A DNA stretch of 64,000 bases from Eledone cirrhosa (lineage: Eukaryota): positions 73,284,001 to 73,348,000 of the forward strand of contig OZ024743.1 in the NCBI GenBank assembly GCA_964016885.1, given 5' to 3'. A model generated the notes under the pieces. That model did not search any database. It worked only from the letters and a program-made list of their open reading frames with translations, and had not been told where the DNA came from. This document shows, piece by piece, positions 1 to 14,838 of this stretch. A program made the position numbers and the translations under genes. The first letter of the stretch is position 1. Each line of letters begins with the position of its first letter.

Positions 1-1115
1 TCCCATAAATACGTACAGATGCCAGCACACACGTACACACACATATACACACATACAGACGCACAGTCACACACACACACAGTTACACACACACACACGC
101 ACAGTCACACAAACATAACACTACATACAGACAGTCACACACACAATCACACACAGTCACACACGCAGTCACACAAACCGTCACGCACACACAGTCACAC
201 ACAGTCACACACCACACACAGTCACACACAGAGTCACACACACAGTCACACACACAGTCACACACAGTCACACGCACAATCACACACACAGTCACACACA
301 CACATAATCACACACACAGTCACACACACACACAGTCACACACAGTCACACACACAGTCACACACACAGTCACACACAAACGTAATACTACATACACACA
401 GTCACATACACAGTCACACACAGTCACACACACAATCACACACACAGTCACACACCCAATCACACACACAGTCACACACACAGTCACACACACAGTCACA
501 AACACAGTCACACATAGTCACACACACAAAAACACACACAGTTACACACAGAGTCACACACACAAAAACACACACAGTCACACACACAATCACACACACA
601 GTCACACACACAGAATCACACATACAGTCACACAAACAGTCACACACACACAGTCACACACACAATCACACACACAGTCACATACACAGTCACACACACA
701 CAGTCACACACACAATCACACACACAGTCACACACAGTCACACACACAGTCACACAAACCGTCACACACACACAGTCACACACACAGAATCACACACACA
801 GTCACACACACAGTCACACACTCAGTCACACACACACAGTCACACAAACAGTCACACACACACATTCACACAAACATAACACTACATACACACAATCACA
901 CACACAGTCACACAGTCAAACACAATCACACACACAGTCACACACACACAGAATCACACGCACAATCACATACACAGTCACACACCACACACAGTCACAC
1001 ACACAATCACGCACACAGTCACACACACAATCACACACACAGTGACACACACAGTCACACAAACAGTCACACACACACAGTCACACAAGCATTCACACAC
1101 ACAAACATAACACTA
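1..1115. repeat. Degenerate (CA)n-derived minisatellite (CACACAGT / CACACAAT units)
   Basis: Continuous tandem cagtcacacaca units; explains the H/T/Q/S-rich 286-aa pseudo-ORF. Confidence 0.95.
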
Positions 1116-1551
1116 CATACAGAATCCTACGAAAAACAAAAAAATATTATTCAAAAATTTCACATGTTTCATTTCATGTATTGTTGTGTCGTCTTTTTTT
1201 CAATTTAATTTCAATAAAAAACATTTCTTTCATCAAACTCTCGTTAAAATATAGGAAACCATTTACTTTCAGAATGTATAACCTTTTGCTCTCGAGTGAA
1301 ATTAAACCTGAAATTAGAGACTACGAATTAGAATAGACAAGTGATCATGTTATAAAGACAATTGGCTCAGTTCAGTAATGGCGGCCAACTCCCGCTCGTA
1401 ACAGGAAATTAATGAGCTATCAGGAGCTTATTAGTAAAAATATGGTTTACGTTAAGCTTTCATAACAATGGATACAGAAATTGTGTTCGTATGAAATAAT
1501 TTCATGCATATGCAAGTGTCTGTGTTTGTGTATATGTATGTCTGCATGTGT

Positions 1552-1612
<61 letters not shown>

Positions 1613-1733
1613 TGTGTGTGTGAGAGAGAGAGACATTCTGTCTGTATGCAATTGTTTATGCATTTACGAGAGTCTCTCTCAGCGTTTATCTGTTTAATTC
1701 ATGGGTGTTAACTTATAATTATGCAAAGCTAAG

Positions 1734-1802
<69 letters not shown>

Positions 1803-2169
1803 TGTGTGTCTGTTTGTGTATGTATGTGTGTGTTACCAAAAATGTGACTGTTATCCTGTGCAACATTTTTACTTGATTTGTCTCATATATTCTCATAGGA
1901 CGTTCACAGCTCGTTGGAAACGAGAAAGTTTCTAAATGCATAATTTAATTGACGTTTCTAGATTTATAAAGTCACATTTGCTGTTATTTATAAATGTATT
2001 TATTTATTTAGTCGATTTAAACGTCCGTATAGAGCTAGTAACCATGACAGACAAGGGGAAATATCGATTACTCCTTACAGTTGGTAATCAAAAAGAGCTA
2101 GACAAGTCATTACAAAATTAAATTAAAATGGGGTAAAAAATAAGGAAAAAAAATAAACATTTGAAATAT

Positions 2170-2315
2170 TGGTTTTTTATATAGGCACAAGGCCAGCAAT
2201 TTGGGGGGGGGGGGGAGTCGATTAAATCGATCCCAGTGGGTGACTGGTACTTTATTTTATCGACCCCGTAAGGATGAAAGACAAAGTTAACCTCGGCGCG
2301 ATTTGAACTCAGATC
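2170..2315 (-). mobile_element. tRNA-derived SINE, 5'-truncated
   Basis: Shares the core actggtactttattttatcgaccccgtaaggatgaaag..aagttaacctcggcg.gatttgaactcag with at least 8 other copies in the window. Confidence 0.85.
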
Positions 2316-2576
2316 CTGCCCAGGTTAAATTTTTGAAGACCAATGGGGTTAGATTATGTCATAAGAAAACGAAAAAGAAAAGGAAAATAGGAAAGAAGGG
2401 AAGCTGTAAAACAGAAGTTTCTGTTGAATCTTTTCGTAGCTTCCAGGTACTCAAAGATTTTGATATATTTGGTAGACCTTTAATAATTTCCAATCTGTTT
2501 GTTTATTTCAACTACCTCTATTATTGTAGTCAGGTGTACTTAATGAAGTTTTACTCCCTCTCTCATAGTACTAAGG

Positions 2577-2900
2577 CAGTGGTTCTCAACCTTTTTTTCC
2601 CAACGGCACACCTTAGAACACATGAAAAATAGCGGCACACCTGGCTAAATATATATGAAAAATATTTGAATTTTACAAAATAAAAACATGGCCAGTCATA
2701 AGCGGCATACAACACAGACTAGTCATAGATACAGAATGACTCAAACTAAATAAAGAAATTAATAGCTATTACCTTACTTTATTGTAATGTTTCGAATTTC
2801 ATCAGTTCAATAGCTGGCTTCTTTAGTGAGAAATTTGTGCCGTTAAAAATTTCACGGCACACTTAGGAAGATCTCGCGGCACACTGATTGAGAATCACTG
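2577..2900. mobile_element. Non-autonomous hAT-type element (MITE)
   Basis: Terminal inverted repeats (TIRs) CAGTGGTTCTCAA / TTGAGAATCACTG; perfect 8-bp target-site duplication (TSD) TACTAAGG at 2569-2576 and 2901-2908. Confidence 0.92.
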
Positions 2901-3812
2901 TACTAAGGTGTTCTTTATAAAATATTATGCATTGTAATTTTATTGTTCAATTACATTCTATTTTGTTGTTATGTCAACTATATTTTACATACAGAACTTA
3001 TACAATGATGAAAATAAAGTGTGTGTGTGCTGGCCCAGTGTGTGTTTATGGGACTGCGTGTGTATGTGTGTGTTTGCTATCTGCCCCCTGTACGTATTTA
3101 TGGGAGTGTGTATATATATCCATATATATATATATACATGTGTGTTGTGTTGTTTGTGAGTGTGTGCACTATAGTAGACATTTGTAATTATATTGCACTG
3201 CTTTGTGTCTATGTTTTGAACTATATTAGGTTCTAACACAAACAGATATAAAGATTACTGAAATATATAAGAAAACAATATGATAGTTTAAAGATAGTGT
3301 TAATGTAACATACAATAGTTAAAAACACAAAGTTAATTAATAAAAACACAAAATCAATTAATGAAAAAAGGGGGTAGAAGTAAAGAAGTGCAGGTAAGGT
3401 TGTATAGGAAAGTAAAGGACTATAAATGTCATAAAAATTAGGAAAAAAGCTGACTTTCAAACCATAATTTGGCTTTATGACAACATAGGTTTCTATATTT
3501 TTTCATTCCTGCGTTTCTTTCTTTGGTCTCATTTATTAACTCTGTATTATTAGGTAGTAGACGTGCAGAGTATCAATAGTGGGGACAGAAAATCACACTT
3601 GGGCGTGCCTCTACATTTGAGGACACATATCTGAGGAGCTCCTGATTCAAGACTCAGGATCGAACATTAATTGATCGTTCCTAGAGCTGATCTGCAGGGA
3701 AACATAATTAGAAACAATTATTAATATTAGTATTATTAAGTATCGTTTTGGGCTTTGTGCCAAAAGTAGAAACAATTATCAAATATCGTTTTCTTTGTTA
3801 TATAACTGAGGA

Positions 3813-3926
<114 letters not shown>

Positions 3927-4210
3927 GAAAATGTGTGAGATCCTTGGTACAGTTAGGTTTATTTGAAAAAAAAAAGAATGACTTCACTTGTTTGACAATA
4001 GCCATCGCTACCGACAAATTCGAGAAAGTTCTCCAAGAAAGTAAACCAGGAATCTTTAAAAATTTTCCCACCGGAGTTGACAAAGAACTTACTAGATCTA
4101 CCAACTCATAATATTATAATATAAAATGAAATCAAATTATTTAGAACTGTAAGTGAAATCATTCTTTTCCTTTTTTTCAAATATATATATATATATATAT
4201 AAATGAAAGG

Positions 4211-4284
<74 letters not shown>

Positions 4285-4289
<5 letters not shown>

Positions 4290-4458
4290 GAGATGAAATC
4301 GAAAATGCAACTGGAGTCTTATTTTTTTTTTTTAATATATATATTTACTTGGTTCCTTCACCGGTTTCGCAGTTCTTCTGCTTTTCAAAAGGTGAGTTGA
4401 GATGGAGGGTCTGTGGTTTTTCTCACAGATGTGAGAAAAACCACAGACCCTCCATCTG
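4285..4458 (-). mobile_element. Short PLE-type module with variant hammerhead (4355-4392) and terminal hairpin
   Basis: Minus strand reads cctt-UUGAAAA-gcag/aagaa/ctgc-GAAA-ccgg-U; inverted repeat 4400-4457; (TA)n on both sides; second copy at ~13340-13465. Confidence 0.65.
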
Positions 4459-4464
4459 TATATA

Positions 4465-4536
<72 letters not shown>

Positions 4537-4540
<4 letters not shown>

Positions 4541-4883
4541 TAAAAGGAAAAGAAAGTGCTGACAAATTTTTCCCAGTGAAAAATAGTTTAATTAGGAATA
4601 AGTATAAATTAGTAATAAGTATTGGTTAGTATTCAGTTTTAGTTGTAAGTTCTTACCGGTTGCGCATTTCTAGTGCTTTTCAAAAATAATTTTGAGATAG
4701 AGCGCCCGTGATGTTTGCTCTCTATCTTAAAATTATTTTTGAAAAGCATTAGAAATGCGCAACCGGTAAAACTTAAAACCAAAACAGAATACTAACCAAT
4801 ACTATTACTAATTTTTGCTTATTCCTAATTAAACTATTTTTCACTGGGAACAATTTGTCAGCATTTTCTTTTCCTTTTACCAA
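4537..4883. mobile_element. Fold-back palindrome (~165-bp arms) carrying a variant hammerhead in each arm
   Basis: Arms are reverse complements around a short spacer at ~4703-4716; + arm core UUGAAAA-gcatt/aga/aatgc-GCAA-ccgg-UA (4736-4771); single-arm copy at ~49915-50098. Confidence 0.75.
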
Positions 4884-4918
4884 TATATCATAACTCGTGT
4901 GTTACACCTCTATTCTTT

Positions 4919-5011
<93 letters not shown>

Positions 5012-6992
5012 GTGTGTGGGTGTGGGAGAGTGAGTCACTGCCAATCGCAAATCGTCGCCCTCCGCTGATAAATTCAAACCATTTAGATCTTGTACAATCA
5101 ATTACAGTGAATCGTGAATGACTTTCCATTGGCTTAATTTGTATAAATTAATTGATTTTGTAAGTTATTTGGTGATAGACATGTCGTCGAACTTGATACC
5201 AGCCTATGAATGCAATATAAGTTCTCTCATGAATTAAAGTAACCAATTTATGGCGGCTTGTGTCTTCTACAAATGTGGGGGGAAGATTTTGATACTTTTC
5301 AACAACCTTTACCAAGTTGGAATGCTCAAAGGATAAAATGAAATATATTTTTATAAATAGGTATTTATGTATGTGTGTATATATGTGTGTGAATGTATGT
5401 GTGTATGCGTGTGTATATATGAGTGTATGTGTATGTATTTGCGTGCGTGTGGTTGTGAGATGTTTAATTTCTAGATCTGAATTTGTATTTGTTTTTCCTC
5501 TATTCACAATCCGATAACTTCCTCTTCATTACCTTATCACTTTCTATAGGTTACTAATGATTCATCTCACTAATTGTTGTTTAGATCTTCACCAAACCCG
5601 CAGATATTTATTTCGGAAAAAAATATTTTTTTTTACTTTGCATTTTTTCCTCATATCAGATGAATGAATATTTTAGTCTTATTTCGTTTCTTAAAACACT
5701 TTCGACTGAAAAAATATATATATAATCCGAAAACAAATAATCTCATTCATAAATGTTGTACTAAATATTTTTAGAATCATAATTATCAAAAGGTCGATGA
5801 ATTTGTACGTAACGAAGGAAGCTGTGTCTTGGGAACATAACTTTCAAAGCAAGCTTGGTGCGATATTTAATTAACGAAAAAAAAAAATTCATTTAATTTT
5901 TTTATAGCATTCTGTTGAGATTTTAGTATCTGCGGTATCTGCAAAACAAGTTATTAGGCGGATTCTGACAGTGGTGTAGTATATAGTTGTTCCTTGTCAT
6001 AAATGATGTCAGCAGAACTAATTAATTGGCTCGATTAAAATTAGTTCTGCTTTGAATTGGTTTAATGGAAACCATTTTGGATTAATGTCAAACTTTAGTA
6101 ACTCGTAGATTCTCCAAGTTCATTAGGGTCCGTTGTTATATTAATAAGATGAAACAAATTTAATATCCAAAATGTTCATTTCCTTCAAAATCTGATATTA
6201 TAGTTTTATTGACTAGGCACCAGGCCAGATTTTCAAGGAGGTTCATGTTTAACAATAATTGATATTTGTTTTATCAATCTCAGAAAAATAAAAAGTAGCA
6301 TCACAGCTCAGAACGTTGAAACAAACATATATGCTATAATTCTCCTTCAGTTTACTCTGCTCTTACTGCTAAATCTTGACCAATTCTCTTGCATCATATT
6401 AGGATCTTTAGACTAAGTATATGGCTATTTTCAGCAAAGCTCTGGTCGGGAATAATCAATGAAATCTACTCAGGCATTTACAGGTACAATTAAAAAGCAA
6501 TCGAAATTATATCGGCTTAAGATATGCGAAAATCAGAGCCGTTTCTAGCATGCTTAGTCTTCTACTAAAGACTGACATTTCTCGCAACTCCCAGCCACTT
6601 TCTGGACACTCTATCTGGTAAAGTTGGGGTTAACTGGTGGCGCCCATCTCCTCTCCAGGTCTGAATACAGCAGATTTATAGAAGTGAGAAAGATATAGAG
6701 GAAGAATTGACTCCAGTATTTGGCTGGTACTTTTTTATTTACCTGGAATGGATGAAACGCAAATTTGACCTCACATACTGATGTCTGAAATAAAGAAAAA
6801 GTACATTAGATAGTGTAGTCCTATCTATTAAAAAAAACTCATGATAATCACGGTTGGAATATACTTAATCTTAACAACAGCAACCTTTCTAAAAGGTTAA
6901 TGAAAGGGAAACGTGTTGGAGTAACTACTCTGCCTAAACTAGACAGCGGTACATCTAATATTCATATTGATTGGGTCCATATAAGTATAAAT

Positions 6993-7177
6993 AATTGTTT
7001 CTACTTTAGGCACAAGGCCAGCAATTACCCAGTGCATTACTGGTACTTTATTTTATCGACCCCGTAAGGATGAAAGGCAAAGTTAACCTCGGCGGGATTT
7101 GAACTCAGATCATAAATGGAGGTAACTCTATGCTTCAAAGCATGGCGCCCGACCCTCTACCAATACTGCCAATCCAC
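6993..7177 (-). mobile_element. tRNA-derived SINE, near full length
   Basis: Minus strand has A-box-like TGGCAGTATTGG, B-box GAGTTCAAATCC, a core resembling the Deu/Nin SINE domain, and an (ATT) tail. Confidence 0.9.
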
Positions 7178-7992
7178 AATGTAGAAATGTGTATATAAGT
7201 AAAGGAGCTGAGCACTCGTTAAAGCTATTAGACGTGACTTTAGCAATCACTTCTGCATCTCTATCACTAGCACAAGTAGCGCTAAGAGACGTAAACGTCA
7301 GAATGTATTACTATTAGCTCAAGAAAAGTGACTAAGTGGTCATGAGCAAGTCTCTCTATATAAGAGGAAATAGCGAATCAGAGCTTAATAGATGTATTCG
7401 ATATACAGAGTGAGGTAATTGTGGATAATGAGAGAATGTTGTAATTTGAGCTGTATTTTCCATAATAGATGTCTACCTCATTAGAAGGTAAGATGGTTTC
7501 TTTTGTAGTAAGTATAGCCGTGCAGTAAATTGTCACAGATTTGACAATGTGAATTGAACTGTTTGATAGAAACCTTGTCTGTATTACAGGAACTCCAAAC
7601 TAATGTAGATGTTATTCATGGCTGTATTTGAAAACAGAAATAAATAATAAATAATGAATTTATTAGATATAAGTCCTCGCTCTTTGTAAAATTGAACTAT
7701 AACTTCCCATGGTAAAACTGTAATGGAATATTAGCAGGTAAATGGAGAATTAAGTGCTTGTCTGTATTGACATTGATAGGATATGGTAGTAGGATGGTAT
7801 CTGGTGGACATGTGTAAGTATGTATATATGTATGTATTTGTGTGTGTATGTATGTGTGTATATATGTGTGTGTTTATGTATATATGTGAATGTATGTAAG
7901 CGTGTGGATATAAGTGTGTGTTAATGTGGATATGTACCTGTGTGTATGTAGGTGTGTATATATGTTTGTATGTGTGTGTGGTGTGTGTGTGC

Positions 7993-8036
<44 letters not shown>

Positions 8037-8098
8037 GTGTGTATGTGTTTGTGTGCATGTGTATGTGTGTGTGCGCGCGCGTGTGTGTGTGTGTGTGT

Positions 8099-8130
<32 letters not shown>

Positions 8131-11100
8131 TTGTGTGTATGTGTGTGTATGTGTGTGTGCGCGTGTGTATATGTATGTGTGTGTGTGTGTGTGTGTGTAC
8201 ATTGCTATGTATGAATGTATGTATGTAGAGATGTAAAGGTTATTTTACTGCTAGAATATATCAGTTCGATAATTGTAATTAAATGATATTAAACAAACGT
8301 GTATATTATATTTGTCATCTTTCTTTGTGTAAACATTTAAAACTCTTACAGAATATTATTGTCTCATATAATCATGTGTAGCTTATTAATTATGGAGCAA
8401 CGTTATTTCTTCAATAGTCAAAGTTCAAGCACACTTTCATCCATAGTGGTATATATCGTGTTTCTTCAAACATTACCGGAGAATTGACCGAGCAATCTTT
8501 TCTAGTGTTGGTCCGCATCAAGACCTCAATATACTCGGTCAACTGACAACCATTTTGCTCCAAAATATCAGGAGTGCAAGCCACATAGGTTAAGCGCCGA
8601 GTGGGGTGGAATGGCTGATGCAGTGAGAGGCACTGGTTGTTCACCTCGGCAATGCTTTCTCCATCTTGACCGTAGGGCGTAGCTATTTTATCTCACCTAG
8701 GCAAGTGTCTTGTTTGCCCCTCTCTTCCTTTTCCCTCTTTGTTCATTATTTGATTTTTTTTTCTCGTCATCCCATTTTTTCCACTTGTTTGGTTTATACT
8801 TTTAATTCATATTTGACTTCTTCTCTCATCGGACACTTCTGTTCAACAATAAATATGGAGAGATTAAAACAGAAACTCTGTTTGCTGGGGGAATTGAGAA
8901 TTCATTACACAAAAATAATAGGAGCTTCTTTCCTTTTCTTCTACTGCAGTGCAGGTTTATAGTACAAATTAACAGCTATGGTCATATAGTTACGAAATAC
9001 GTTACACTATCATGTGATTCCGGATCTTCTCTCTACGTGGCGGATTTTATATGTTTCTGCTATTACATCTCACATGTAGCTCCAGTTCATATGATGGAAA
9101 TTAGATAGAGAGTTTTGCGGAATTAGTTCATATTACCTGCATTTCATTTGGCGGCAGTAGACATAATATAACGCCTGGTATAAAACACAGGCTGCGTGAC
9201 CCCTGGGTGACTTTCGTGGTGTTCATTCTTTCGCAATCTATGTAGAAATAAGTCCCTTCTGAGAATAATTTCCTCACTTTCTATATCGATATTGGAGGCC
9301 CTGTAAAAGGTCATAAATGTTGCCCTGTTTCCAGTCAATATGCCATAAAATAAATCGATATCGGTTTGGACGTGTTCTAATTTGGTTGGGTTTATTCAAT
9401 TATCGGTTTTACCAATATTCCTTTGATAGAACCGTCTCAAAGTATTCGTTTCTATTGGTTGTTTTTGACAGAGTCCTTTCTACTTTATATCCAAATCTCT
9501 CTTGCGACATGTATGCGTATATATGAATAAGAATGTGTGTGTGTTTGTGTGTGTGTGCGTGTGTGTATGTGTGTGTGTATATGTATGTGGAAGTAAGTCT
9601 TGCAGCTAGTGGAAAGTGTGAGTATTGTCTTCTGTACATATTTACTATTATTCGGTATTGTTTTTAAATTGTGGCATAGATCGAATGAATGAATCGAATT
9701 TATATATTGAAAGTCAGTGTGTGTGTTTTTTTTATAAACTATCATATTATGTTGCACGTTAGTGTTAATCAATTGATTTGGTAAGAATTCCCAGCAATTA
9801 TTGTAATCAATGACCAGAAATCATTTGTTCCATGTTTATTTGAATGGAAACAGGAAGCAAAGAAACGTAAAGAAAACACTATTGTCTAAGCATTACTTGA
9901 ATTTAAAAGGTGTCAAAATTACACATTGAAGAAATTTCATAGTATCATGTATGCCAAATTGCCGCCCCTACATATATATTTTGTTTATATATGTGTAAGT
10001 ATGTGTGAAATAAATCTACTTCCTTGTATACATCGGTGGAATTTATTGCTTGATGAGATATATGTACTAGTAAAAAGCTGTAGTGAATTGGCAAATAGGA
10101 CAAACAATAGCCGCAAATGTCCAAGCCAAGCTACTCAAAACGATCAAGATGTTTGGAGCAATGGGTTTCGATGGTCTAAAAAAAATCGATTTGAACGTAC
10201 GCTATTGTATCTCTTGGAAAAAGTCCAGCTTTGGGATAAAACAAATCATCTGTATACTAATCTGTTCAAGTCCATCCACCAGCACCACTATCATCGATGT
10301 TATTTATTATTACTATTGATATTGTTGGTCTTAGTAGTGATAATATTGAATGTTGTTAGCATTGTGAATAAAGTTTAAACACTTTTGTTTTTATATGCCA
10401 ATGCCACACAGGTTCGGCGTCATAAATCTTGAGTAAGTGTTGTCTCTACACTATATATATATTATATATTGAAAGAAACAAAGAGAGAATTTTTAGATGT
10501 AGATTGATAATCTTTAAATGACATTCTGAAAATGTATCCTCTTTACGATAGTTCTTCGAAAAACACATTACATTTTTCCTCTCTTTTTGTTATTCAAACA
10601 TTCACACATCTTTCGACTTAACGATCTCACACAAAATAATATATAATTTTTCTCTAATTTAAATGGTCAACTAACAAAATTGGAGTTATTTTTCCTTTCT
10701 CAATCGTGTAAACATAAACATTCTTCTCAATCGTGCAAACTTAAGCATGTTACGTTTCATAATCTGTATAGCTTCGCTAAATTAACAATATTCTGAAAAC
10801 ATTCTCAATATTGAACAAATTTTTTGAATCCACAACTTGTTCTACTCTCACAACTTGAACCACCTATTTTTTAAGTAAAATACAAATTCAACATCCTTCG
10901 TAACTCATAATTGATATATAAACAACTAATACATACGCAATTTATTAATATATATATATAGATATCTATATACATATAACCTATCCTAATGTAATAAGAT
11001 AAAAATACTTACAATGATAATTATTCATATAATTTTAATAGATTATATATACAATGTTATAACTCATAATATAGGTAAATAAATCTTTACCCCCAAATTA

Positions 11101-11355
11101 ACGTAAATACTAGCCCTTCTTCCTTTCTCTTCTTTCCTACGCATACAATAACTTATGATAATAATTTAAGTTTTCCATAGCGTCTAAAATAACGTTTTTT
11201 TCAGCCCTTTTACATAAACCTCATTTGCATACTCATCTTAATAATTTGAAATATCTGACTTTTCTTTCTTCTCTTCCCTTCACTATCCAGGGATAACTTG
11301 AACCGTTAAGGTATATTATCCTTGGTTATGTCAACATTTATAAAACACACTACGC

Positions 11356-11415
11356 ATTTAATCTGATGATAGCGTACCAAAATTGTTGGTACCCCTGAAA
11401 TATATATAATAGAAT
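11356..11415 (+). ncRNA. Type I hammerhead ribozyme (PLE-type)
   Basis: CUGAUGA 11363-11369; stem II gtaccaa/ttggtac; GAAA 11397-11400; stem III A-tatata-U; A17. Downstream ~130 bp is homologous to 36720-36850. Confidence 0.7.
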
Positions 11416-11554
11416 AAATATGGTTTTATAAATATAGTTTCCATTTATTTAATATCAGTGTATATTATACTCCAGAAAAACTGTTGAGTGCTCTGAATCA
11501 GTTATAAACATTTATATTTGTTGAATTACCAACAAATTGAATATCCCTTATACT

Positions 11555-11615
<61 letters not shown>

Positions 11616-11717
11616 GTGTAGGTGATTATAATAATGGAGTATTCCGTTATTACTTTTGGTAACGAGCGTAGAAATAAAAGAATGCGTTTAAGGTGTTAAC
11701 ATTGGTCTTCATTTTAA

Positions 11718-11778
<61 letters not shown>

Positions 11779-12039
11779 TACTGAAAGGGAGAGAATAAGA
11801 GACTATATGTGCGTGTTTGTGCGTGGGTATTATATATTATTGTGTTGAAATGATGGGATAGGCTTCTGAATTCGCCAGAATTTATTATATACAATCATAC
11901 GCAAGATTCAATCTCTTTCTGGTTAATGACCCTACATCCTGAGGTTGCTTTTTCCAAAGTTATTTTAAGATGCATCATCATCAATTGGGATTGATACTTT
12001 ATTTACGAAACACAACCCTTCCTTGAGATACTTACCAAA

Positions 12040-12290
12040 ATAACCGATTAGCTTATGTGGTTAGAATATCTCAGGAAAGAATCGCTGGACAGATTTTAAG
12101 GGCAAAACCAACCGGCAAGAAACCGATGGTTGGAAAACATCTATGAGCTTCGCTTGTCTCGCATGGGAATCCAACCGAATCAGTTGGAGACGGGTTGTTG
12201 TGACAGGACCCACTGGAAGGAGAGTTTGAGAACTCTTCCGCCACGCACCTTTAAGGAATAAGTGGGTGAAGATGAAGAAGGATAAGAAAA
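12040..12290 (+). mobile_element. Decayed 3' end of an RTE-clade LINE
   Basis: Translates to YVVRISQERIAGQILRAKPTGK...CDRTHWKESLRTLPPR, typical of an RTE C-terminus; ends in a (GAA/GAT)-rich tail. Confidence 0.55.
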
Positions 12291-12903
12291 AGTTTTGATT
12301 TCTGTGTGTACCTGGTTTGGCATTGCGCTGTGTGTGGGCACTTTAGCAATTTCTGGTATGTTTATACCAACTTCTTCTGTATTTCTTAAAGTTTGCATAA
12401 TTTCCAGTGTATGACACCCCAGAAACTGTCATGCCTTTTATGTTATCTCTCTGACTAGTGTTTGGTGAAGGGAGGGAATTAGCGGTCGAGTTGCTAGATT
12501 ATCGGATAGAATGCTTTAGAGAATTCCAGACGGTTCTCTGCGCTCTGAATTCAAAATCAAACGAGTTCATCTGTGCAATTCAACCCTTCGACGTCGATAA
12601 ATATTTACCCGGCTCAGTGAGGAGTGGGCCCTGCCAGATTCAAATGCACGAAATACGGCTATGATGACCACAAGAGGGTACTGTGGTCGGCTTTGCCCCG
12701 GCTTCTAGATTTAGTGCCAGTAATTGGCGTAGTTACTTACTTCCTTTTTCTGTTGCTTGTGTCTTGTCGCCCTCACCAGATTTTAGCTCGGGTCGCACAT
12801 ACGACCCGGAATTGTCTCGAAAGCTAGTTTCAAAACAATTCCAGATGAAAACTGTAAGCCGAATGCGATACCGACATTAAAACTAGAAACCGGGGCGGCC
12901 ATA

Positions 12904-12988
<85 letters not shown>

Positions 12989-13544
12989 CATCATAGTCGT
13001 TGCAGGCCCCTACAACTTCATGACGACGATAACCACTCGAAAATGGCGACAACAATAACGACAATGACGGTGATACTGTAAGAGGAATCACACTTAGCTT
13101 TGTGTTTTTTTATGTTTCTTCTTTTTTCTCTCTGTAATTTTACTCATACATTTATCTTGACAGCTAGATTATTGACGCTAATCTACCTTGTCCTCGGTTT
13201 AATGAATTTAATTGCTTAAATCAAGCATTAATTTGTGTTTTACACACACAAACACAAACACACACACCCAATAATTTCTAATATATATATATATATATAT
13301 TAGAAAATGAAGGGTTTCTTTTCAAAATGAAAAAAAACGAGATGTCCTAACATCGAAAATGCAACTGGAGTCTTTTTAAGAATATTTATTTGTTTCCTTT
13401 ATTGGTTTCACAGTTCTTATGCTTTTCAAAAGTAAAATTGAGATGAAGGGCTTGTGGTTTTTCATATATATATATATATGGGTGTGTGTGTATCTATGCA
13501 TGCATTTACATCTGCTATTCAAACCAAAGAATACAAGCTGTGGT

Positions 13545-14095
13545 AATAATTGTTTGTTCTTTTAGAACAAGGCCACCAATTACCCCAGTGCATTACTGGT
13601 ACTTTATTTTATCGACCCCGTAAGGATGGAAGGCAAAGTTGACCTCGGCAGGATTTGAACTCAGACCGTAAAGGAGCGTAACTATATGCTGCAACGCATG
13701 GTGTCCTACCCTCTACCGATACTGCCAACCCACTGCCACCAAGCTGTAGTAATAATTGGTTCTACTTTTGGCACAGGGCCAGCAATTACACAGTGTATTA
13801 CTGGTACTCGTTTTATGGACCCCGTAAGGATGAAAGGCAAAGTTAACATCGGCGGAATTTGAAGTCAGACCATAAAGGGGCGTAACTCTATCAATACTGC
13901 CAATAAATAATAATAATTGTTTCTACTTTTGGCACAAGGCCAGCAATTACCCACTGCATTACTGGTACTTTTTTATGGACCCCGTAAGGATGAAAGGCAA
14001 AGTTAACCTCGGCGGGATTTGAACTCGGAATGGCAAGGGCCGTAACTCTAGGCGTCAAAGCATGGCGTCCGACCCGCTACCGATACTGCCATAAT
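13545..14095 (-). mobile_element. Three head-to-tail SINE copies
   Basis: Copies at ~13545-13740, 13750-13905 and 13910-14092, each starting on the + strand with an aataat tail. Confidence 0.9.
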
Positions 14096-14580
14096 AATAA
14101 TTACTTATTTCATTGATACTTCTGCTGATTTAGATGAATGTGGCCATAATAATATAAAATACATCATAAATAAACTTCGGGAAAATTTTAAATATGGTGG
14201 AAATAATTCATTTCATTTTAATGGAAATATTTCACTTCATTTTCATGTTTTACAAATATGTCTTCCTTTTAAGACCTTTAACAAAATATGTCGGGATTGT
14301 GTGTATGTGAAAATTTATCGAGTGTTAAAGTAAAAATAAATTGACCTAATATATTATAGTGAACAATAGTTATTGGTTAATACTGTATTCTTTGTTAATA
14401 CGAGTATTTTATTTCTAAAACTGTTTTGTGTTTAAGCGTGTACCCATAGATGTTATTTGCTTCTAGTCAATAGAAATTTATACTTCGGATACATAGAACA
14501 TGAAAACGTATTTTAGATGATTATCGATCCTCCCAGTCCCAAGCTATGTTATGCCGATACACACAGATACACACACACAA

Positions 14581-14631
<51 letters not shown>

Positions 14632-14791
14632 TGTATGTATGTGATATTCATAAACATAACAACGAATATTACTTAATATACAATACGTAAATATATGTGT
14701 ATACCGCTATGTTGGAACAGGAGCACCAATTCAAATTATATAAATACATACGTATATATATATGGGTGTGTGTGTGTGCGTGTTTATGTGG

Positions 14792-14838
<47 letters not shown>

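Noticed and set aside
19-879. 286-aa His/Thr-rich ORF
   Set aside because: Direct translation of the CACACAGT minisatellite, which lacks stop codons; no evidence of coding.
6993-7177. tRNA gene suggested by A/B boxes
   Set aside because: No cloverleaf; it is the head of a multicopy SINE.
8411-8660. GC-richer open frame on the minus strand as a possible exon
   Set aside because: No recognisable domain and no convincing splice-site pair.
9926-10378. 150-aa ORF with LLLDEIYV, faintly like a P-element transposase
   Set aside because: No further motifs, TIRs or TSD were seen.
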